From positions 1 to 49,269 of IMG/VR virus record IMGVR_UViG_3300044711_000117: DNA of 49,269 nucleotides; one strand, given 5' to 3'. Below are positions 43,001-49,269 of this stretch, one piece after another; the first letter of the stretch is position 1; each line of letters begins with the position of its first letter. Below the pieces are notes generated by a model. It ran no database searches. It was given only the letters and a program-made list of their open reading frames with translations, and had not been told where the DNA came from. The DNA comes from a virus (Duplodnaviria; Caudoviricetes). The translations under genes and the position numbers were made by a program.

Positions 43001-44434
43001 TCAGAATGCCGGTGTGACCGACCCCGTACCCGTCACCGCAGCGATCGCCTTGGGGTAGCGACCGGGCTGGAACGAGACATAGTTGTACAAACGCACGAAC
43101 AGCGAAAGTTGCTGAGCATACGTCTGTTCGAATGCCTCGGCCCTGACGTTGCCCTCCCACAGGAACACGTCGCTCGCGCGCATCACCAGGATGACGTCCT
43201 GGTTGGTGCCCGTGCCCAGGTTGGTGGGCAGGTTGGCGTCCGCGTAGACGGGGAGGCCGAGCATCTCGCCGACGTAGCCTTCGGCGGCGATGGCGCCGGG
43301 CTGGCCGGCGGCGTTGAAGGGGCCCTGCCCCTGGGGGACGACCATGGGCCGGTTGCTGGAGTCGGACTGCGCGAGCGCCCACGCCCACCGGCGGGGGTGC
43401 ATCACGATGCAGTTCGGCGGCTGGTAGCGGGTGGTGTGGATCGCGGAGATCGCCGCACCGAGGCTGGAGTACATGCCGCCCGCGCCGCCGAGGGCCGGGG
43501 TGGCCTGAGTCCAGGCGATGGAGTTGGTGCCGGACAGGGTCAGCAGGCCCGTGGCCTGTCCACTGCTGCCGGAGCCGGAGAGTACCTGGACGTCGAGCTT
43601 CTGGGCGTAGTCCGCCGCGAGGTCGCCGAGGATCAGATCGTCCACGTTGAGCGGGGACTGCTCGACGAGCTGCATGGCGATGGTCTGGCCACCGGCGAGG
43701 GTGATGACGGGGCTGGCGACGCTGCCGGTCGTCGCGTCGGTCTGCTGCACCCCGGAGTTCTGCGTGGCCTGCACCGCGACCGCGGTACCGGTGAGCATCT
43801 TCGGAATGTTGATCGAGTCGGTTCCGGGCGGCACGTCGCCGGGCACGACGCGGTCGGCGGTGACGCGGCCGGGACGGGCGAGCTTGACGAACTCGTCTTC
43901 GAGCCACAGGGGCGGCACGAGTTCGCCGCCAGCGCCGTTGGTGGTGGACAGGGCGCGCTGCTCGGCCCGCCGGTCGCCCTTGCGGGCGCGCTCCTGGATC
44001 TCCGCGGCGACCATCTTGTCGTTGCGGCGCAGACGCTCCATGGCGTCCCGGTCGCCCTGCCGCTTGGCCAGGTAGAGGTCGCGGAAGTAGGAGCGTCCGC
44101 CGGGGCCGGTGCGGTACTCGGGCGGTTCGTCGGCGGTGATGCCGCGAGCGGCTGGCGGCCGGTCGTCTCCGCCACCAGCGCCCCCGGGCTGCGGCTGGGC
44201 GTACCGCTTGGCCATCTCGGCGGCGGCCTCGTCGGTGCGGATCTGCTCGTCGAGCTCGGCGCACCGGGCGTCGATGTCGCGGATTTCCTGCTCACCGGCC
44301 TCGAAGCTGCTGCGCTCCTCGGCCGTGAGCTTGTCTCGCTTCTCGTTGCTGACGGTCTCCAGGATGGCGTCGAGCGCCATGCGCTTCTCGGCACGCGTCT
44401 CCTGGAGAGCCTTGATCATGTCCCGCTTGTTCAC
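43001..44434 (-). CDS. HK97-fold major capsid protein with N-terminal delta domain
   Basis: Coiled-coil N-terminus, GGELVPPLWL, MHPRRW, LGLPV..D.N.P. Confidence 0.95.
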   Translation of the reverse strand: MNKRDMIKALQETRAEKRMALDAILETVSNEKRDKLTAEERSSFEAGEQEIRDIDARCAELDEQIRTDEAAAEMAKRYAQPQPGGAGGGDDRPPAARGITADEPPEYRTGPGGRSYFRDLYLAKRQGDRDAMERLRRNDKMVAAEIQERARKGDRRAEQRALSTTNGAGGELVPPLWLEDEFVKLARPGRVTADRVVPGDVPPGTDSINIPKMLTGTAVAVQATQNSGVQQTDATTGSVASPVITLAGGQTIAMQLVEQSPLNVDDLILGDLAADYAQKLDVQVLSGSGSSGQATGLLTLSGTNSIAWTQATPALGGAGGMYSSLGAAISAIHTTRYQPPNCIVMHPRRWAWALAQSDSSNRPMVVPQGQGPFNAAGQPGAIAAEGYVGEMLGLPVYADANLPTNLGTGTNQDVILVMRASDVFLWEGNVRAEAFEQTYAQQLSLFVRLYNYVSFQPGRYPKAIAAVTGTGSVTPAF

Positions 44435-44628
44435 GGGATGGCTCCCTCTGTAGATGGGGTTGGCGTGCCTGCCATGCGTGCTGGGTGGTGGCCCGGGTGG
44501 TGCCCCGATGGGGGTCCGGCGCGGGCTCCGGCGCGGCGGCCGGGCAGGCGAAAACCCGGACGCCGCTCAGCGGCTCCGGGCAAGTCGAAAGGAGGCTCTG
44601 AACAGAGCCGGGATGAGGTGGTGCTCAG

Positions 44629-45699
44629 CTACAGGGCGAGCGCCCGGGCGCGAAACTGGTACCAGTCGAGGTCGGCCGCGTTCTGCTGCTCCTCGGATGC
44701 ACCCTCGTCGCCCATGCCGCCCTCGGGCTCGTCATCGTCCGGATTCGGGACGCCTATCAGACCGGACAGCACTTCCTGCGCCTCGTCCACGTTGTCGTCC
44801 GCGGCGGCGACCAGGTCGAGCACCTTCTGCAGCGTGGTGAGCGTGTCCACGGACAGGGCCTTGCCCTCGCGTAGTTCCCCGACGCGGTCCTTGGTCCAGG
44901 TGAGCATGTCGCCGCGGGTCGCCAGCAGCACCGGTGCCGGCTCGGGAGTGCGGAACTCCGCAGCGAGCCGGTCGAACACCTCGCGACGCTCATCCGGGGC
45001 GAGCCGTTCCAGGTGCGCCTGCAGGTCGCGGGAGTTGAGCGTCGCGCCAGCCGTGTTGGGGTTCGCCCCGTAGTTGACCACGCTCACGTCACCCTTGTTG
45101 AGGTTCACTTCGAGGATGTCCCGCTGCTCCCAGTCAGGCGACCAGATCTGCCGCGTCACCCAGAACCCGAAGCTCATCTCGTCCACGTCGCCGCGCTGCA
45201 TCGCGGAGCGCAGGGCCTGCACGTGAGGACTGGACGGGTCGAGGTCGGCCTCGGTGTGCAGGCCGCTGCTGTCCTCGGACAGGCGCAGCGTCCCGGACTT
45301 GGTGCGGGCCAGCGTGAGGCCCTCATGGTTGACGAGGAACGGGACGTCCGCACCCTCGCTGAGCGTCTTCTTGAACGCGCCCGAGCGGACGACCTCGGTG
45401 TACGGGCCGAACAGGTCGTACATCTCGTATGGCGCCTCGGTCACGCAGGCGTAGCCCTCGAACAGCAGCGTCTCACCGCCCGAACCGTCGGGGACTGCCC
45501 GCAGCTCCACGTCGCGGAACGGCATCGCCCGGTGCTCCACCGCGGTGCGCCGCTCGCCGCGGGCCGACCGGTCCGGCACCCACGCGAACTCCGCCTTCAG
45601 ATCGGCCTCGGTGTAGTCGTCGCCAAGCTTCCCCACCTGGGCGGCCGCATCCCAAGCCGTATCGGTGGTCGCGGTGTGGTGCACACTCACAGCGGGCAT
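44629..45699 (-). CDS. HK97-type prohead protease
   Basis: FEGYA, GAFKKTL, FLVNH, LARTKSGTL.L.ED..GL, MSFGF, VSVVNYGANP. Confidence 0.93.
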   Translation of the reverse strand: MPAVSVHHTATTDTAWDAAAQVGKLGDDYTEADLKAEFAWVPDRSARGERRTAVEHRAMPFRDVELRAVPDGSGGETLLFEGYACVTEAPYEMYDLFGPYTEVVRSGAFKKTLSEGADVPFLVNHEGLTLARTKSGTLRLSEDSSGLHTEADLDPSSPHVQALRSAMQRGDVDEMSFGFWVTRQIWSPDWEQRDILEVNLNKGDVSVVNYGANPNTAGATLNSRDLQAHLERLAPDERREVFDRLAAEFRTPEPAPVLLATRGDMLTWTKDRVGELREGKALSVDTLTTLQKVLDLVAAADDNVDEAQEVLSGLIGVPNPDDDEPEGGMGDEGASEEQQNAADLDWYQFRARALAL

Positions 45700-45700
45700 G

Positions 45701-46984
45701 TCACGGTCCCTTCGCAGGCGCGGACGGTCCAGAATCCGGCTGCGGGCCGGAGTCAGGCTGGTCGGGCTCCCAGCCCGGATCGGTCGTGTGCGCCGAGTTC
45801 AGCGGCGCATAGGGGTCGGCGCCCTTACCGTCGGGCAGCGGCGGCAGGTTCTCCTTCGCGCGGATCTCGTCCGGCGTCATCCCGGCGATGTTCCGGGCCA
45901 TCTGGTAGTACAGCCACCGGCCGGCCGTGTCTGTGCGCAGCAGATCGTCCGTGTCGAACAGGGCGAACTGCGGCTTCGGCAGCATCATCGACCAGGCGTC
46001 TTCGAACGGGCCGATCCACGCCGCCAGCGTGTGCCGCAGGAACCCGAGGGTCTGCTGCTCGATGCCGGTTCCCCACGAGGTGGTGCGGTCGACCTGGCCG
46101 AGCATGTGCGGGGGAATCCCGAACAGCATCGCGATGTCCAAGTTCTGGGCAGCGCGCGTGCCGAGGAACTGGGCGTCCTCCGGGGTGACGCTGATGTTCT
46201 GCCACTTCGCGCCGCCCGACAGGATGCCGATGCTGTGCGCATTCTCCAACCCCGAATGGGAAGCCTCGAAGACCTCCTTCATCTGCCGGGCCCGCTCACG
46301 GTCGAGATCACCATCAACGGTGATCACGCCGGTCATGTGGGCGCCCTTGCCGAAGAACCCGGCACCGAACTCCTCAGCCGCCAAACCGAGGCCGATCGCC
46401 GTGCGCGCGTAGGAGATGACGCTCATCCCCGTCGGCGACTCCGGATAGGCCATCCCGATCAGGTGGACCATGTCCGCGGCGTCAGTCCACTCGCGGTTGA
46501 TCCAATACTGGCGCTGGCCGGCCTTGTCGAACTGGCAGCGCACCCGGTCTGGGTGCAGGATCCGCAGCCGTGTCGGCCGCAGCAACTTGTCCCTGGCCGT
46601 CACCACCGCATAGGCGTTGCCTCGCAGCAGCAGGCTGACCATCATCTGCCCGAAGCCGGCCCGGCGCGTCAACAGTGCCGTCGACGTGGCCCCGCCGAAC
46701 GGGTCCGCGACGATCGTCGGTGCCGGGGAGAGGGCCTTTCGGATCTCGCCCTGCATGCGTACCGCCGATAGTGGCAGCCCGGCGACGGTCTGGCTGAGGA
46801 TCCGCACACACGCGGCGACCGCGATCAACTGCATCGCGGTGTCCTCGGTGACCGGCACCCCGGCCGCCGTGTAGCCAGCAAGCGACCCATTCGAAGGGAT
46901 CGCCCACGGGTCCCCGCCGCTCGACGGCGCGATACTCACCCGCCGCTCGGGCCCGCGGCGTACTGCTCTACGGAGCAGGCTCAT
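45701..46984 (-). CDS. HK97-type portal protein
   Basis: VAACVRIL, LLLRGNAY, LHPDRV, EDAQFL.TR, IAMLFGIPPHMLG, TPDEIRAKENLPP. Confidence 0.95.
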   Translation of the reverse strand: MSLLRRAVRRGPERRVSIAPSSGGDPWAIPSNGSLAGYTAAGVPVTEDTAMQLIAVAACVRILSQTVAGLPLSAVRMQGEIRKALSPAPTIVADPFGGATSTALLTRRAGFGQMMVSLLLRGNAYAVVTARDKLLRPTRLRILHPDRVRCQFDKAGQRQYWINREWTDAADMVHLIGMAYPESPTGMSVISYARTAIGLGLAAEEFGAGFFGKGAHMTGVITVDGDLDRERARQMKEVFEASHSGLENAHSIGILSGGAKWQNISVTPEDAQFLGTRAAQNLDIAMLFGIPPHMLGQVDRTTSWGTGIEQQTLGFLRHTLAAWIGPFEDAWSMMLPKPQFALFDTDDLLRTDTAGRWLYYQMARNIAGMTPDEIRAKENLPPLPDGKGADPYAPLNSAHTTDPGWEPDQPDSGPQPDSGPSAPAKGP

Positions 46985-47171
46985 CGTCGATCACCCACCC
47001 GACGAACAGCAGCGCCAGACCCGTCGCCACGAGCCCGAGGACCGGCAGCCACCACCACGCCGCCCCCACAAGGCAGCCGATCCCCGCCACCTCCACCGCA
47101 TCCGACAAAGGCCCGCGACTCACCCGCGGCACCCGCAACCACCTACGCAGGCGGACACGCACCACACGCAC
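46968..47171 (-). CDS. Small membrane protein between terminase and portal
   Basis: Hydrophobic hairpin in the usual position. Confidence 0.7.
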   Translation of the reverse strand: MRVVRVRLRRWLRVPRVSRGPLSDAVEVAGIGCLVGAAWWWLPVLGLVATGLALLFVGWVIDDEPAP

Positions 47172-47174
47172 CCC

Positions 47175-48767
47175 CTACAGGTCGGCCCAGTTCCAGAACT
47201 GCGGCTGCGGCGCGGGCTCCGGCTCGTGCATCGCGCGTTCCAGCGCCATCACGGCCGCCACAGCGAGGTCGATCTTCCGCGGGGATCCCTTGGCGTCCTT
47301 CGACAATCGCGAGCCCCGCGAATCCGTCTTGATCACACAGTTGGCGAGATGCCGCGACAACCGAGGGTCAGCCGAGTGCGTCAGCGACCTGTTCATGACC
47401 GCCTCGTAGAAGCGAGTCGTCGCCGGAATCATCCGCTTCGGGCTCTGCGGGAACTCAACGACCGGCAGGCCCTCCTCCTCGAGTACCTGGTAAGTGCGAG
47501 CCCACCGGTACGGGTCGCACACGATCTCGCGAACCTGCCAGCGTCGGCACGCTGCACGGATCGCATCCTCGACTTCCAGAATCGGCACCGACCACTCGGG
47601 ACCCGCCTGTGGCGGCCTCTCCCACGCCTCCACGACATCCACATGCGGCAGTTCGCCGTCCCGAGGGCAGGTCACCACCACCAGGGCCGTCGAGTCACCA
47701 TTGAACGAGCCGTCGAAGCCGAGGCACACCTCAGTGCCAGCATGGATGGGCTCGGCCGCCCCCGTGCATCCTTCCCAGGCGCCTGCAGGCAGCCACGCAG
47801 CCGCGGTGTTCACCCACTGGTTCAGCCGCTTTGTGCGGAACTCCGCCTCCGGCGTGCGCCTCACGGCTGACGCGAAGTCCTCGGGGTCGATCAGATCACC
47901 GTAGGCCGGGTTCGCGATCCGCCACGTGCGCTCTGCGCGGTGGTCGGCGTTATCCGGGGCGCCCCACCACGCCATGAAGAACGACGGGTCGACCTCCTCG
48001 CCGGCCGCCAGTCGCACCCCGTACTGGAACAGGCTGTAGCAGATCGAGTCCAGGCCGCGGGAATCCGTCTTTACCCCGGCCGTGGTGATGGCGATCAGCA
48101 GCGGGTCAAGCTGGGCGCCCATCGCGAGCGACATGACGTTGAACAGGTCCGGATTCGGCTGGACGTGCAGCTCGTCGAACAGGACCCGCGTCGGCCGAAG
48201 ACCTTCCTTGGTGAACGCCTCCGCCGACAGGCACCGGTACACCGACCCGGTACCCGCGACCTCCAAAGCGTCCTTGTAGACCTTGATAGCCTCCGACAGG
48301 TCCGGGCTGGCCTCCACCATGCGCTTGGCGTCGCCGAACACGATCCGCGCCTGTTCCTTGTCGCCAGCGCACGAATACACCTCAGCGCCGGAAGATTCGA
48401 AGAGGCCATCCAGCGCCAAGCCCGCCCCGAGGCCGGACTTACCGTTCTTCCGTGGTTCGCCGATCAGCGCCATGCGGTGCTTGCGGCGGCCGTCCGCGCG
48501 GCGGGCGAACAGATAGGCCAGCAGCGTCTTCTGCCACGACCGTAGCGTCAGTGGATGCCCCGACGGACCTGCGAAAGAGTCCTTGGTGACCGTGCACAGC
48601 GTCTCTATGAACTCCGCGACGTGCTCGCCGTCGCCGCGCCGCACCTCCGCCGCCGTCACCGGCGTCAGGTACTGCGGCGGCCATGGCTTTACCGGCCTTC
48701 CGCTGCTACTTGCCGTCGGCCGCGCGTTCCTGGCGGCGCGCGATGAGCTCGTCAAGCTTGGAGGCAC
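47175..48767 (-). CDS. terL: Terminase large subunit
   Basis: PRKNGKS Walker A, LFDELH Walker B, ITTAG, GFDGS..D, KIDLAVA; exact start uncertain. Confidence 0.96.
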   Translation of the reverse strand: MPPSLTSSSRAARNARPTASSSGRPVKPWPPQYLTPVTAAEVRRGDGEHVAEFIETLCTVTKDSFAGPSGHPLTLRSWQKTLLAYLFARRADGRRKHRMALIGEPRKNGKSGLGAGLALDGLFESSGAEVYSCAGDKEQARIVFGDAKRMVEASPDLSEAIKVYKDALEVAGTGSVYRCLSAEAFTKEGLRPTRVLFDELHVQPNPDLFNVMSLAMGAQLDPLLIAITTAGVKTDSRGLDSICYSLFQYGVRLAAGEEVDPSFFMAWWGAPDNADHRAERTWRIANPAYGDLIDPEDFASAVRRTPEAEFRTKRLNQWVNTAAAWLPAGAWEGCTGAAEPIHAGTEVCLGFDGSFNGDSTALVVVTCPRDGELPHVDVVEAWERPPQAGPEWSVPILEVEDAIRAACRRWQVREIVCDPYRWARTYQVLEEEGLPVVEFPQSPKRMIPATTRFYEAVMNRSLTHSADPRLSRHLANCVIKTDSRGSRLSKDAKGSPRKIDLAVAAVMALERAMHEPEPAPQPQFWNWADL

Positions 48768-49203
48768 GCTTCACCTCCGCGTACCCCAGCCGCGCCCGGT
48801 CCGTCGGCGTGAAACCGCACAGGCTCTCGTACTTCGTGATCTGCGACTCGACCGCGCGAATCTCAGAAAGAAGCGGATGCGCCCGCGCCTGACCCATCGA
48901 ACCGGCTATCATGTAACCGTCCTGAGCAACCTGATCCCGCATCGCTTCCCGCTCATCGTGGGCCTCGCACAAACGGGTCAGGACATCCAGATCAGTCGTC
49001 GGCGACAGCCACGCCTGCCCTGCGGTCCACAACCGCTCCCAGGCCCCGCGCCCCGCCTCACCGAGCGAATCCGGCACTGCCGGGATCGACGCGACAGCCG
49101 CCAGATGAACCACCGGTTCAGGCAACGCCCGCTTCCCCGGGTTCCCGGTTCGGCGCTTACGCTCCGTCGGAGTCGGCGGCCGTCCAGCGGGCACGGAACC
49201 CAC
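48706..49203 (-). CDS. terS: Terminase small subunit (P27 family)
   Basis: GRPPTP...GNPGKR; HPLL; CGFTPTDRARL. Confidence 0.92.
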   Translation of the reverse strand: MGSVPAGRPPTPTERKRRTGNPGKRALPEPVVHLAAVASIPAVPDSLGEAGRGAWERLWTAGQAWLSPTTDLDVLTRLCEAHDEREAMRDQVAQDGYMIAGSMGQARAHPLLSEIRAVESQITKYESLCGFTPTDRARLGYAEVKRASKLDELIARRQERAADGK

Positions 49204-49269
49204 CCCCGAAAATGGACCATGGTCAAAAACCGGGCGAATTTCGCGTCGGTGTGTTTTTGGCTGGGGGGC

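Larger units (their letters stand above)
1..49269. mobile_element. Temperate siphovirus genome segment (Streptomyces-like host), unintegrated form
   Basis: Complete HK97-type head and long-tail module, lysis cassette, integrase with att site flanked by phage genes on both sides, repressor/Cro pair; very high GC. Confidence 0.95.

Noticed and set aside
1-49269. tRNA genes, IS elements, reverse transcriptase/DGR, introns or inteins
   Set aside because: None recognisable by eye; terminase, portal and capsid are of normal length. tRNAscan-SE and cmscan would be needed to exclude RNA genes formally.

Overview
The window holds most of a high-GC temperate siphovirus of a Streptomyces-like actinomycete, in its unintegrated (attP-intact) configuration and read mainly on the minus strand. 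From right to left: terS/terL, portal, HK97 protease and capsid, head-tail and tail genes with a -1 frameshifted chaperone, tape measure and minor tail proteins, a two-enzyme lysis cassette and a tail fibre (49.2-24.5 kb). Next comes a ~16 kb accessory region (24.4-8.0 kb), then attP, a tyrosine integrase, a repressor/Cro switch, an excisionase-like gene and a leftward operon of small early genes. No replication genes are visible in the window. Main observations: (1) the attP core matches the 3' end of the RNase P RNA gene (rnpB) rather than a tRNA or tmRNA; (2) a second, Cre-like tyrosine recombinase has its own single 34-bp loxP-like site, which overlaps a TATAAT upstream of its operon; (3) two divergent 'XRE-HTH + helical repeat regulator / small enzyme' cassettes are present (a non-canonical HFCD flavoprotein; a DUF1399-like protein plus SAM methyltransferase) and could be signal-making/sensing modules; (4) a LexA box precedes a zinc-finger gene beside attP; (5) a Panacea (DUF4065) toxin-antitoxin pair is present, and both its antitoxin and one regulator contain TTA (bldA-dependent) codons. 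All family assignments come from motif recognition by eye; no searches were run.
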